Source: Eledone cirrhosa
Lineage: Eukaryota
Direction of reading: 5' to 3'
Assembly (NCBI GenBank): GCA_964016885.1
Contig: CAXHJY010000768.1
Location: 1-64,000, forward strand
DNA length: 64,000 nucleotides
Below the pieces are notes generated by a model that made no database searches, was not told the DNA's origin, and was given only the letters and a program-made list of their open reading frames with translations. The number at the start of each line of letters is the position of its first letter. The stretch's first letter is position 1. Both the position numbers and the translations under genes were made by a program. Below are positions 25,984-39,447 of this stretch, piece after piece.

Positions 25984-26673
25984 ATATGAGAATAAACGTG
26001 CTGCGTGGTTGCTAATGGGTTACATATGAATAAAGTTAGTCCTTCATCAGTGATCTTCCAACCATCATTGGTATTTCATCGCTTTAAAGACCATATACCT
26101 CCGGTTGGTGCGAGCAACAGCTAAAAAAAGTCGTTGGGACACGTAAATAAAGGGGACACAAGAGTATAAACAAACAAAGATGGTGAAGCAACGAAAAGTG
26201 AGGAAGAAAGAGTCAAGTCCCAAATTTCTATGAATATAAATTCGGTGAAATCGTGAACGAGAGAGAATAAAGACCATCAAACCTGGTTGGAATGTGAGCA
26301 AGGAAGGAATTCCGTACAGGTCTAACGGGAGGAAGAAGGGGTCTAGTCTGTGAATTCGGTGAACATAAGTTCTGTGAAATCGTAGACGAGAGAGAGAAAA
26401 AAAGCGAACCTGCCAGACCAAGGGTGCGAAAGAAAAGAATTACGCACAGGTCAAACGGGAAGGAGGAGGAGAGGTAGTAACAGAGTGAGTGAGTGAAGGG
26501 TGAGGAAGAGGCTAACAGAGAGAGTGACTGTTAGAGAGAGTAAAGATACAGAGAAAGAGGAAGCAGTAAGAACGAAATAGACGGGTCACAGCGGGGGAAA
26601 AAATATGTGTAAATATGAGAATAAACGTGCTGCGTGGTTGCTAATGGGTTACATATGAATAAAGTTAGTCCTT
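25984..26673. mobile_element. Unclassified element bounded by ~61-bp direct repeats; 26036-26200 homologous to 1556-1735
   Basis: ATATGAGAATAAACGTGCTGCG...AAAGTTAGTCCTT at both ends. Confidence 0.55.
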
Positions 26674-26822
26674 GTGCGTGAGCGTGTGTACATGTGTGTT
26701 GTTATATATTCTTATTTATTATCCCACCCCGCCGCTCGCCCCTTTTTTTTTCCTCCAGCCTCACTTTCATATCTGTTATATTTTTGTTTTTCAAATCCAC
26801 AGTCAATAAAGACACCAGGATG

Positions 26823-26884
26823 TTTTCATTCTGATGAATGAAAGCAATTTTGGTTGCTTTCAAGAAACCACTGGTAAATGAAAT
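26823..26884 (+). ncRNA. Type I hammerhead ribozyme motif (family H; truncated fold-back relative at 42270-42432)
   Basis: tttcatt-CTGATGA-[atgaaagcaa ttttgg ttgctttcaa]-GAAA-ccactgg-TA-aatgaaa. Confidence 0.78.
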
Positions 26885-27029
26885 AATTATCTTATGTTGT
26901 TTATTACATAACTAATAAGCTCTGTAGCTTACATAGAGCACTCTTTTTTCCTGGACCTTTCCTACGGAATTACTTCATTCATAAATAGATATATAGACAG
27001 ACAGACAGACAGACAAATAGATAAATTGC

Positions 27030-27838
27030 TTTATTAGCCACAAGGGCACAAAAGAAGGGGACAAATACAAATGGGGAGTTTATATACAGGTATATGAAAA
27101 TAAAACTATTAATACAATAACAAATAACAATTGAAATCCCCAATAGGGGGGGGGGTGTTACACAGGGGTTGTACACACCCCCAAAAAATGTACAACCCTC
27201 ATCTCCAGGAGCACCAAGAGTGAGTACTCCCTTCCTCTCTTCCCTCAACCTACAGGCTTATATAGAGAGAAGGCCCAACCACTCGGGCCATCTTTGCCAC
27301 ATTCATAGATAGACATACAGACAGACAGATAGATAGACAGGCAGACAGACAGACAGATAGAGAGATAGATAGACAGACAGATACATAGAAAGATGGATAG
27401 ATAGACTTAGAAAGAGAGGGGGAAGAGAGAGAGCGAGAGGATGGAGAGGCAGATAAACAGATATTAAGACAAAAGAGTGGAGAGCACAGGACAAAGACAA
27501 GGGAAAAACAGAGTCCCATTTCTTCAGTTAACCTCTGGAAATCACTACAGTTTCAGATAATTAAGGTTGATACAATTCTTTCATAGATATATTTCTTTAT
27601 TAGCCACAGGGGCACAAAAGAAGGGGACAAATACAAAGGGGGAAGTTTACATACAATAAAAACGTGTAAAATGTTATCACAGATGGAATTTAAAAGTTAG
27701 TCGATTTTCCCCAATAGAGGGAGACAGTTTATATGGGTAACACATACCCCCGAAAAAAATGTGCAACCCTCATCTCCAGGAGTACAAAGAGCTTGTACTC
27801 CTTTCCTCTCCTCCTCCTTTTCCTCAACCTACAGGCTG
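27030..27838 (-). mobile_element. Two short 3' fragments of the Tx1/L1-type LINE (about 27030-27305 and 27597-27838) among (GATA/GACA)n
   Basis: Share the ORF end (NVAKMARV..PSL..SL*) and the 3' UTR with 28198-28803. Confidence 0.7.
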
Positions 27839-27946
27839 AGATACAATTCTTTCATAGATAGATAGTGGGATAGATAGATACATAAACAGACAGCTAGCTA
27901 GATAGATAGATAGATAAATAGATGGATAGATAAACAGACAGCTAGC

Positions 27947-28915
27947 TGCCACAGGGGCGTACAAAAATGGGACATTACAAGACATGACGGCGAGGGTTTT
28001 ACATAAAAATCATATAACTTTAACATTAATAAATAACAATAAACTATATATAATAAAATAACAATTGAAATCTCCAATAGGGGGGGGGGGGAGAAGTTAC
28101 TGCAGGGTTGTTTTACACTCCATGGATAGAACAACCCTCAACACCAGGAAGTAGTTTTGTAGGTGTTCATGTCTTCCCTCTCTTTATATTCCTCAACCTA
28201 CAGGTTTATATACAGAGGAGGCCCATTCACTCGGGCCATTTTCGCCACATTCACCCACCTTTCAGTGAATTTGCTGGAGTGTAGCACCTCTCTCTCCACT
28301 CTCACCTTCCTTCTGAAGTGGTACTTAAAGAAGGGGATGAGTTGTTGTCCGGAGAGAAAGGTGTTTGCCCTCAGTCCTTTTAACCTCGTCCACCATATTA
28401 CCTCTTTCGCCATAGCCACCAGGCAGAGGAAAACCACCTCTCCTTCATTCTTAAATGAAGGCGGCGGGGGGATCCTCATGAAGGACTCGGCTGACAACTG
28501 GATGCGTCCTACCCGTGACAGTAGCTGTTCGACATAATTCCACAGGTCGGTCACCCCTGGGCACTGAACAATTGCGTGCAGAGCGGTTTCGATGTCCTGC
28601 TCGCATCTTGGACAGGTCCTTTTGGCAGGATCTCTGCCAGGGCGTCGGTGCCTGTAGATTTTGTCTTGAACTGGTAGAGCTCCTCGGTAGCACTGCCAGG
28701 GCAGAGACCTCTGGAAGTTATTCATAGGCCCTGGATGGAAAGTCCTCCCGAACAGACTGGTCAGTTCGTCCTCCTCGATGCCTAGAGTTTCCCCCGAGAA
28801 CATCGTCGCACTTATCCCCCACTAATCCCCTATAGAATGTCGAGTTGGAGTCTCCGCTGATTGCCGTTTCTTCTTGGAAGAGGGCTGTGAGCGCCTGTAG
28901 GCACCCGAGGTGACA
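27947..28915 (-). mobile_element. 5'-truncated Tx1/L1-clade LINE (C-terminal zinc-binding region plus 3' UTR)
   Basis: ORF 28198-28803 contains CPRCEQDIETALHAIVQC, a CCHC RT-associated zinc motif. Confidence 0.8.
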
Positions 28916-29055
28916 GATAGACATACAGACAGGCAGATAGATAGACAGACAGCTAGCTAGATAGATAGTTAGATAGACAGACAGGCAGATAGACAGACAG
29001 ACAGCTAGCTAGATAGATAGATATATAGACAGCTAGATAATATAGAAATACTGAC

Positions 29056-29222
29056 CGGCGGAAATCAAGCAAAACCTTCACCGATGTTGGAATGGTAAGA
29101 TCAAGCCAGGACAGGAAGTGGAACTGGGTGACAGTTCGTGTCTCGTTAGTCTGTAGATTTTTCAGGTAGAAGCTGCGGACAAGGTAGTCATCACACCAGA
29201 TGTGTTCGGAGACCAGGTGGAC
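29056..29222 (-). CDS. PTPRN2: IA-2-like PTP exon ([55 protein letters not shown] + 2 nt)
   Basis: Acceptor ctttacag, donor gtcagt; 167 bp = 55 codons + phase 2; IA-2-diagnostic [16 protein letters not shown] block. Confidence 0.95.
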
Positions 29223-29271
29223 CTGTAAAGGTAATGTAATGAGTAGTACACCTACAAACCTATATATATAT

Positions 29272-29552
29272 AGTAAACGTGGTTGGTGTTAGGAAGGGCA
29301 TCCAGCCGTAGAAAAACCCACCAGACAGTCCACGCTGTAATGTGGCCGTGTAGGCAACACGGTAAAAAACTCCCAGCCCCACACTGTAAATGTGGTTGGT
29401 GTTAGGAAGGGCATCCAGCCGTAGAAAAACCCGCCAGACAGTCCTATGCAAGCAAGACAACCACTCTTGCCTCAAGTGGGAAAACCCCCGTCCAAACCCA
29501 TGCAAGCGTGGAATACGGACGTTAAACGAAGATGATGATGATGATGATGATA
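29272..29552 (+). mobile_element. RTE-type 3' tail with an internal tandem duplication
   Basis: Matches 48363-48585; GTGGTTGGTGTTAGGAAGGGCATCCAGCC is present twice. Confidence 0.75.
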
Positions 29553-29560
29553 TGAATAAA

Positions 29561-29975
29561 AAGAAACTATATTTATAAAACCATATTTATTCTATTATGT
29601 ATATTTCAAGGGCACCAAAACTTTGGTACGCTCTCATCAGATAAAATACAAAGTTTATTTTATAAATATTGACATAACCTGGAAGGAGATCTTAACGGGT
29701 CAAGTTTGACTATCCAGGAAAAACTTGAACTGTTAAGGTCTCATTCCTGGATATGTCAATATTTATAAAACAAACTTTGTATTTTATCTGATTAGAGCGT
29801 ACCAAAGTTTTGATGCCCTTGAAATATATATAATAGAATAAATATGGTTTTATAAATATAGTTTCCATTTATTAATATATTGTATATTTACTCCACTAAC
29901 TAGTTGAGTGCTTTATATCAGTTATAAAAATGTTTAAGTTTGTTGAATCCCAACAAATTAAATATAACCTCTACA
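29561..29975. mobile_element. Fold-back family-F element; intact hammerhead at 29588-29648 (minus), core mutant CTGATTA at 29780-29840 (plus)
   Basis: Inverted arms plus 3' tail, followed by (TA)n. Confidence 0.8.
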
Positions 29976-29996
29976 TATATATATATATATACGTGT

Positions 29997-30110
<114 letters not shown>

Positions 30111-30304
30111 ATATATATATGTATGTATATATATATATATGTATGTATATATTTTATATAGATGTATGTATATATATATATATATATATAGATATATGTA
30201 TATATATATATATTCAATAAACATATGGGAACCTTAGCATCAAAGGAAAAATAATTTCTCTCTTTTGTTCTGTGAACACATCACAAAATATTAGTAGCCG
30301 TTGC

Positions 30305-30357
30305 GGATGCCAGACAGAGCTGTTTCAAGATTCATTAAGCTTTCATCAGTGACATTC
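30305..30357 (-). ncRNA. Type I hammerhead ribozyme motif
   Basis: Minus strand: gaatgtca-CTGATGA-[aag..ctt]-GAAA-cagctctg-TC-tggcatcc. Confidence 0.65.
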
Positions 30358-31032
30358 CTTTAACCAGTACTGACATGGAAATAGAATTTATGTGGTGAAC
30401 CCTTGCTGGAGATGCTCATTTGCATATAGCAGATAAAAAGCATCGGCTATCATCATCAGCATTTAACGTCCACTTTCCTCGTTAGTATGGGTTAGACGGC
30501 TGGTCCCACAAACACACACATGTCTGTGCGAGTGTGTGTATTATATATATAGGTGTGTGTATATGTATATTTACATATATGGGTGAGTGTATATACGTAT
30601 ATTTATATATGTGTGTATATATGTATATATACATATATATATAATATATATACATATATATATAAACATATATATATAATATATATACATATATATATAA
30701 TATATATACATATATATATAAACATATATATATAATATATATACATATATATATAAACATATATATATAATATATATACATATATATATACATATATATA
30801 TAATATATATACATATATATATATAATATATATACATATATATATAATATATATACAGGGCGGTGCCCCAGCATGGCCTCAGCCGGATGGCTGAAACAGG
30901 TAAAAGAGTAAAAGAGTATATATATATAATATATATACATATATATATATAATATATATACATATATATATAATATATATACATATATAATATATATATA
31001 ATATACATACATATATATATATGTATGCATAA

Positions 31033-31198
31033 TATAGAAGATCTTCTACAGGAGTAGAACTGTTTCATTCATGAGAAATCTCACGAATGAAACAGTTCTA
31101 GTCCTGTAGAATCTCATCTATATTAAAACTTTTATACTCTGCTATGTATTGAGTACCTTACTTACTGTGGTTACCTCCGATTCAACATGGCATAACTG
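31033..31198. mobile_element. Fold-back element family A' with a truncated hammerhead
   Basis: GAAAcagttctagtcctgTAgaatc and its inverted copy; same family as 43235-43450, 56511 and 61830-62020. Confidence 0.72.
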
Positions 31199-31237
31199 TA
31201 TGTATATATATGTGTAAATGTATGTATATGGCATATG

Positions 31238-31322
<85 letters not shown>

Positions 31323-31357
31323 GTATATGTATGTATATATATATATGTATATGTATG

Positions 31358-31392
<35 letters not shown>

Positions 31393-31571
31393 ATATTTAC
31401 ATATATATACAAGTGTGTGTGTGTGTATATATATACAAGTGTGTGTGTGTGTATATATTTACATACATATACAAGTGTGTGTGTATATTTACATATATAT
31501 ACAAGTGTGTGTGTATATTCACATATATATATATATGTGTATACAAATGTGTGTGTATATTTATATATCTA

Positions 31572-31610
<39 letters not shown>

Positions 31611-32527
31611 ATATATATGTGTATATGTATGTATATATATATGTGTATATATATGTGTATATGTATGTGTATATGTATCTATATATATATATGTGTATAT
31701 GTATGTATATATATATGTATGTATATATATATGTGTGTATATATATATATATATGTGTGTGTCTGTGTCTGTATATTTACATATATATATATATGTGTGT
31801 ATACAAATGTGTGTGTATATTTATATATACTTATATATATATATATATATAAAGGACGTAAAATAAAAAAATATTTTTTTAAAAAAAATTCAAAAAAAAT
31901 TTTTTTCTTACTTAAATTTTCACTCCAACTAATTAGTTTCTGCAATGGGATAAAGACAGTTACGTAATTCAACTGTCGAGAATTCATTGCGTCATCAGGA
32001 AGTCTATTCTCAGTTAAGTCTCCAGGCAATGCGCGGACACTGGCGGCTCATATAAAAATAATAATAATTCGGTAGATCGAACAGCTTGCGAGGACTGAAT
32101 TCTATGTACCGAAATTCTCACTGCTTCAAGTCAAATGGCCGATTCTAAAGAATCAATCACGTGACACAGAGGCTAGTTAGAAGGAATGGGATGGTAAGAT
32201 GACTGACGCCTACTAACACCCCAAAAAAATCTCTTTAGAAGTGGTTTTGACAAGTTTGCTCGACAAATCAGTGATTTGGAGATAAATATAGATAATTTAA
32301 TATATCAACTAACATAAGCGCACAGATGCACGCCCATGCCAGCAAATACACAGGTTATGTCATAGTACCTAGGTGGTTCAATGCAGGAGAATGCAGAACA
32401 ATAATATAAAGGACGTAAAATAAAAAAATATTTTTTTAAAAAAAATTCAAAAAAAATTTTTTTCTTATATGTATACAAATGTGTGTGTATATTTATATAT
32501 ACATGTATGTATATATATATATACATG

Positions 32528-32600
<73 letters not shown>

Positions 32601-32657
32601 ATGTATACATGTATATATACATGTATATATATATATTTATATATATCAGTGTCTTAC

Positions 32658-32777
32658 CTCATAGATGTGATAAAGGTCACTGCCCTCCTCGGGCCAGTAG
32701 CGGTGACACATGGTGTCAGCATTCTCTGTTAGTTTTGTCAACATTACAATCACCACACTGCCTTGCTCCCATACCAT
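32658..32777 (-). CDS. PTPRN2: IA-2-like PTP exon ([40 protein letters not shown])
   Basis: Acceptor ggtcag, donor gtaaga; 120 bp, phase 0; IVMLT and CxxYWP motifs. Confidence 0.95.
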
Positions 32778-32894
32778 CTGACCAACAGACAAAAATATTA
32801 TTATTACAAAATACCAGTAATGCACTGGAGGCAATTTAATGGACATTTCCCTTCTCCATCAAAATTGTTTGGCTTGTGCCTAAATCAAAAGTCA

Positions 32895-35104
32895 TTAACT
32901 CTTTAGCATTTACATTACTCTATATATACTATTGTATTTTCACAGTAAAGGCTTTACCTCACATAATATCTCACATAACATTTACATTACTCTATATATA
33001 CTATTGTATTTTCACAGTAAAGGCTTTACCTCACATAATATCTCACATAACATTCATATTACTCTATATATACTATTGTATTTTCACAGTAAAGGCTTTA
33101 CCTCACATAATATCTCACATAACATTTACATTACTCTATATATACTATTGTATTTTCACAGTAAAGGCTTTACCTCATATAATATCTCACAACATTTACA
33201 TTACTCTATATATACTATTGTATTTTCACATTAAGGCTTTCCCTCACATATCTCACATAACATTTACATTACTCTATATATACTATTGTATTTTCACAGT
33301 AAAGGCTTTACCTCACATAATATCTCACATAACATTTACATTACTCTATATATACTATTGTATTTTCACAGTAAAGGCTTTACCTCATATAATATCTCAC
33401 AACATTTACATTACTCTATATATACTATTGTATTTTCACATTAAGGCTTTCCCTCACATATCTCACATAACATTTACATTACTCTATATATACTATTGTA
33501 TTTTCACAGTAAAGGCTTTACCTCACATAATATCTCACATAACATTTACATTACTCTATATATACTATTGTATTTTCACAGTAAAGTCTTTACCTCACAT
33601 AATATCTCACATAACATTTACATTACTCTATATATACTATTGTATTTTCACAGTAAAGGCTTTACCTCACATAATATCTCACACAACATTTACATTACTC
33701 TATATATACTATTGTATTTTCACAGTAAGGCTTTACCTCACATAATATCTCACATAACATTTACATTACTCTATATATACTATTGTATTTTCACAGTAAA
33801 GGCTTTACCTCACATAATATCTCACATAACATTTACATTATTCTATATATACTATTGTATTTTCACAGTAAGGCTTTACCTCACATAATATCTCACATAA
33901 CATTTACATTACTCTATATATACTATTGTATGTTCACAGTAAAGGCTTTACCTCACATAATATCTCACATAACATTTACATTACTCTATATATACTATTG
34001 TATTTTCACAGTAAGGCTTTACCTCACATAATATCTCACATAACATTTACATTACTCTATATATACTATTGTATTTTCACAGTAAGGCTTTACCTCACAT
34101 AATATCTCACATGACATTTACATTACTCTATATATACTATTGTATTTTCACAGTAAGGCTTTACCTCACATAATATCTCACATAACATTTACATTACTCT
34201 ATATATACTATTGTATTTTCACAGTAAAGTCTTTACCTCACATAATATCTCACATAACATTTACATTACTCTATATATACTATTGTATTTTCACAGTAAA
34301 GGCATTACCTCACATAATATCTCACATAACATTTACATTACTCTATATATATACTATTGTATGTTCACAGTAAAGGCTTTACCTCACATAATATCTCACA
34401 TAACATTTACATTACTCTATATATACTATTGTATTTTCACAGTAAACACTTTACCTCACATAATATCTCACATAACATTTACATTACTCTATATCTACTA
34501 TTGTATTTTCACAGTAAAGTCTTTACCTCACATAATATCTCACATAACATTTACATTACTCTATATATACTATTGTATGTTCACAGTAAAGGCTTTACCT
34601 CACATAATATCTCACATAACATTTACATAACTCTATATATACTATTGTATTTTTACAGTAAAGTCTTTACCTCACATAATATCTCACATAGCATTTACAT
34701 TACTCTATATATACTATTGTATTTTCACAGTAAAGGCTTTACCTCACATAATATCTCACATAACATTTATATTACTCTATATATACTATTATATTTTCAC
34801 AGTAAACACTTTACCTCACATAATATCTCACATAACATATACATTACTCTATATATACTATTGTATTTTCACAGTAAAGGCTTTACCTCACATAACATCT
34901 ACATTACTCTATATATACTATTGTATTTTCACAGTAAATGCTTTACCTCACATATCTCACATAATATTGAATCAATGAGATTTGATATTTATTTCGAGAA
35001 CAATAACTTAACATCAGTATGAGTGCCTGGTTGCAGCTGGTTTGAACAGAAAGAGGTTAGAGAATTATGGCCGGATACGGCCGGTTTAAACTCTAAAGGG
35101 TTAA
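32895..35104. mobile_element. MITE-like element with TTAA-C(C/T)CTTTAG termini (piggyBac-like) containing an expanded 72-bp array
   Basis: ttaactctttag at 32895 and ctaaagggttaa at 35093-35104; unexpanded homologue at 53420-53587 (minus). Confidence 0.6.
32908..34965 (+). repeat. 72-bp minisatellite, about 28 copies
   Basis: CACAGTAAAG recurs at 32941, 33013 and onward. Confidence 0.95.
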
Positions 35105-35111
35105 TATTATT

Positions 35112-35645
35112 GGTGGATTGGCAGTATAGGTAGATCGGCAGACACCAAGCCTTGTGCCAAAAGTAGAAACAATTATTATGGGGTCGATAAAATAAAGTAC
35201 CAGTAATACACTGGGGTAATTGCTGGCCTTGTGCCAAAAGTAGAAACAATTATTACGGGGTCGATAAAATAAAGCACCAGTAATACACTGGGGTAATTGC
35301 TGGCCTTGTGCCAAAAGTAGAAACAATTATTACGGGGTCGATAAAATAAAGTACCAGTAATACACTGGGGTAATTGCTGGCCTTGTGCCAAAAGTAGAAA
35401 CAATTATTACGGGGTCGATAAAATAAAGTACCAGTAATACACTGGGGTAATTGCTGGCCTTGTGCCAAAAGTAGAAACAATTATTACGGGGTCGATAAAA
35501 TAAAGTACCAGTAATACACTGGATTAATTGCTGGCCTTGTGCCAAAAGTAGAAACAATTATTACGGGGTCGATAAAATAAAGTACCAGTAATACACTGGG
35601 GTAATTGCTGGCCTTGTGCCAAAAGTAGAAACAATTATTATTATT
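35112..35645 (+). repeat. SINE family B head followed by about 6 tandem 77-bp copies of its 3' end
   Basis: Unit GGGGTCGATAAAATAAAGTACCAGTAATACACTGGGGTAATTGCTGGCCTTGTGCCAAAAGTAGAAACAATTATTAC. Confidence 0.9.
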
Positions 35646-35970
35646 ATCATCATCAAGAGGTAGCGCCATGATGAAATACACCCCCACCCCCCACAACAAC
35701 AACAACAACAACAACAGCAACAACAACGTGATCTAAAACAAGAACAACAATCATCACAGCATGTAAGCATGGAAAATAGACGTTAAATGGTGATGGTTGT
35801 GATGATGGTGATGTTGATGATGATGGTGATGATGATGATGATGGTGGTGATGGTAATGGTGATGGTGATAATGATGATAACGATGATGATGATGATAATG
35901 ATGATGATGATGATGATGGTAATGGTGGTGATTATGATGGTGATGAACAACAAAAGCAGTTGTGACTGAC

Positions 35971-36048
35971 CTGCCAAAAATCAGCAACTGTATGTGGCAG
36001 AGGCCCCTGGGTGGCAATATATGCAGGATTCTTGGGATCATGATCGGT
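35971..36048 (-). CDS. PTPRN2: IA-2-like PTP exon ([26 protein letters not shown])
   Basis: Acceptor ctttctccacag, donor gtcagt; 78 bp, phase 0; YIATQGP and DFWQ motifs. Confidence 0.95.
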
Positions 36049-36078
36049 CTGTGGAGAAAGAGAGATAGATAGATAAAT

Positions 36079-36146
<68 letters not shown>

Positions 36147-36199
36147 ATTTAAAATTTCACTATTCACAAGTGTTTTTTAAGCTTCATATCATGTATCCC

Positions 36200-36270
36200 T
36201 ATTTTATCTGATGAAAATGCAGATATCATCCCATGATGATATTTGTTTTTGAAATGCGCATAATAAAATA
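36200..36270 (+). ncRNA. Type I hammerhead ribozyme motif (family G; element about 36144-36310)
   Basis: tattttat-CTGATGA-[aaatgcagatatcatc ccat gatgatatttgttttt]-GAAA-tgcgca-TA-ataaaata. Confidence 0.82.
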
Positions 36271-36452
36271 CTTGGAACTCTTTTATCCATCTTTTGATCT
36301 TATATTACATATATATATATATATATATGAAGATAGACATAGAATATTCGAAAATATTCTGTATGTTTATAATAAACATTTTGAAGACCTAATCGCTATA
36401 GAATAGAATACGTCACGTATTACAATTAGATTCTCGATAAAAGCAAGGGAAG

Positions 36453-36493
36453 TAACCTACGCGTTTCATTCTTATTAGAAATCTTCAGGATTA
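36453..36493 (-). ncRNA. Minimal Penelope-type hammerhead within fold-back 36325-36560
   Basis: Minus strand: taatc-CTGAAGA-t ttct aata agaa t-GAAA-cgcg-TA-ggtta. Confidence 0.78.
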
Positions 36494-36582
36494 GGTCTTC
36501 AAAATGTTTATTATAAACATACAGAATATTTTTGAATATTCTATGTCTATCTTCACATATATATCGCTATTTCAGAGCATTT

Positions 36583-36614
<32 letters not shown>

Positions 36615-36619
36615 GTTTG

Positions 36620-36721
36620 TGTGTCCCCCAAAAGAATATATACACATTTCAACAGCATTCTAATAAATATTGTCTGTACAGGTAATCAACGTGTGTATAT
36701 ATTTTTCTGGGACACCCTGTA
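36620..36721. mobile_element. Small Tc1/mariner-type MITE
   Basis: Imperfect TIRs gtgtcccc..aagaatatatacaca / tgtgtatatatttttctgggacaccctgta. Confidence 0.55.
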
Positions 36722-36939
36722 TGTATATATGAAACCAGTATTTAACTCTGTTCCAGCACCAACAGGATTCAACATCAGCGTTAGATGAATTGTATAACGT
36801 AGAGTGCTTTTCTACTATTACATCACGGTTAACTAAACAGAATGACCAGTTCTACCTTGTGGTGAACTACTAGACATAAATGAATATATAGATAGATAGA
36901 CAGACAGACGGGTAGATAGATAGATAGATAGATATATTT

Positions 36940-38327
36940 CTTTATTTGCCACAAGGGCGCACAAGAAAAGGGGACAAAACAAAGACACATGCCGGGGATT
37001 TTACATACAGTCGTGTTAAAAATATAAAACAAACAATTATAACAATCGAAATCCCCAATAGGGGGAAGCGCAACAAATGGGTTGTTTAATACCCCGTAGA
37101 TAGAACAACCCTCAACTTCAGGAGCATGTGCAATTTCTCCTTTCTTCCTTTTGCTCTCTTCTTTAACCTACTAGTTTATATAGAGAGAAGGCTCAATCAC
37201 TCGGGCCATTTTCGCTTCATTCACCCACCTTTCAGTAAATTTACTGGGGTCCAGTGCCTCTCTCTCCACCCTGATTCTCCTTCTAAAGTGGTACCTAAAG
37301 AGGGGAATCAATTGTTGTCCGGAGAGAAAGGCATCTGTCCTCAGTCCTCTCAATCTCGTCCACCATATAACTTCTTTCACCATAGCCACTGTGCAGAGGA
37401 AAACCGCCTCTCTTTCGTTTTTGAAAGAGGCTGGTGGTTTGATCCTTACTATGGACTCGGCAGTCAACTGGATTTGTCCCATATGTGACAGCAGTTGTTC
37501 TGCATAGTTCCACAGGTCAGTTACGCCCGGGCAGTGTACAATTGCATGCGGGACGGTTTCAATGTCTTGCGCGCATCTTGGAAGGATCCCTGCCGGGGTA
37601 TCCGTGCCTGTAGATCTTGTCATGAACTGGTAGAGCTCCTCGGAAGCACTGCCAGGTCAGGGACCTCTGGAAGTTGTCCATAGGTCCCGGGTGGAAAGTC
37701 CTACCAAACAGACTGGTGAGCTCATCGTCTTCGACGCCCAGAGTCTCTCCGAGCACGTCGTCGGCCTTGTAACGTACAATCCCTCTATAGAATGTCGAAG
37801 TGGATTCTCCGCTGATTGCTGTGCCCGCTTGCCAGAGGACTGTGAGCGCCTGAACACAGTCAATGTGCCAGGCGCCCATCGTTTTAGGTCTTTTCTTGAC
37901 CCAGGACTGCAGCTCCGTCAGCAAGAAGAGCTACGGTACAGCCTGTCTCATAAACGGTGCCCACACCGGTTGGGGTCGGTGAGGAATAGCTGGAGATACC
38001 GCAGCCTCAGTGCATGTTTGCACATCATCAGCCACGGCATTCCCAGCCCTCCGTTGTAAGGGTGATGACAGCAGACAGATCTCCTCACCAGTGGAGCCTG
38101 CTTCTTCCACAGAAACTGGAAGAGCATGTGTTCCATCTTGGCGAGGTATTTACGGGGGTAAGGCACAATAGTCAAGCGGTAGTAGATGACGGACATTATA
38201 AAAGTGTTCGCCACCTCCGCTAGACCTTTCAAGGACAGTTTGCACTCTACCCACTTCTGGGTGAGTGCAAACACCTTGGCCATGACCTCGTTCCACTTTT
38301 TCTCCACCTAGAGGTCCGGTCCGAACC
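36940..38327 (-). mobile_element. Degenerate 5'-truncated Tx1/L1-clade LINE (post-RT region to 3' UTR)
   Basis: Frameshifted ORFs 37948-38307 (LSLKG..FLW..GGLGMP), 37559-37924 and 37171-37623, homologous to 28198-28803. Confidence 0.82.
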
Positions 38328-38601
38328 ACACATATATACACCCTAACACATATATATATACACCCTAACACATATATATATATACACCCTAACACATATA
38401 TATATATACACCCTAACACATATATATATATACACCCTAATACATATATATATATACACCCTAACACATATATATATATACACCCTAACACATATATATA
38501 TATACTCTAACACATATATATATATATACACCCTAACACACATATATACACCCTAACACATATATATATACACCCTAACACATATATATATATATACTCT
38601 A

Positions 38602-38637
<36 letters not shown>

Positions 38638-39396
38638 CCTAACATATATATATACAACCTAACACACATATACCATAACACACATATATATATACCCTAA
38701 CACACATATATACACCCTAACATATATATATATATACACCCTAACACATATATATACACTCTAACATATATATATATATACACTAACATATATATACATA
38801 TACACCCTAACATATATATATATATATATATACACCCTAACATATATATATACACCCTAACACATATATATACACCCTAACATATATATACACCCTAACA
38901 TATATATACACCCTAACACATATATATATACACCCTAACACATATATATACACCCTAACATATATATATACACCCTAACATATATATATACCGTAACACA
39001 TATATATACACCTGAACACACATATATATACACCCTAACACAAATATATACACCCTAACATATATATACACCCTAACACATATATATACACCCTAACATA
39101 TATATATATATACACACTAACATATATATACACCCTAACACATATATATATATACACCCTAACATATATATATATATACCCTAACATATATATATACACC
39201 CTAACATATATATATATATATATATACACCTTAACACATATATACACCCTAACACACACATATATATACACCCTAACATATATATATATACCCTAACACA
39301 TATATATACACCCTAACACATATATATACACCCTAACACATATATATACACCCTAACACATATATATATACACCCTAACACATATATATAAACCCT

Positions 39397-39447
<51 letters not shown>

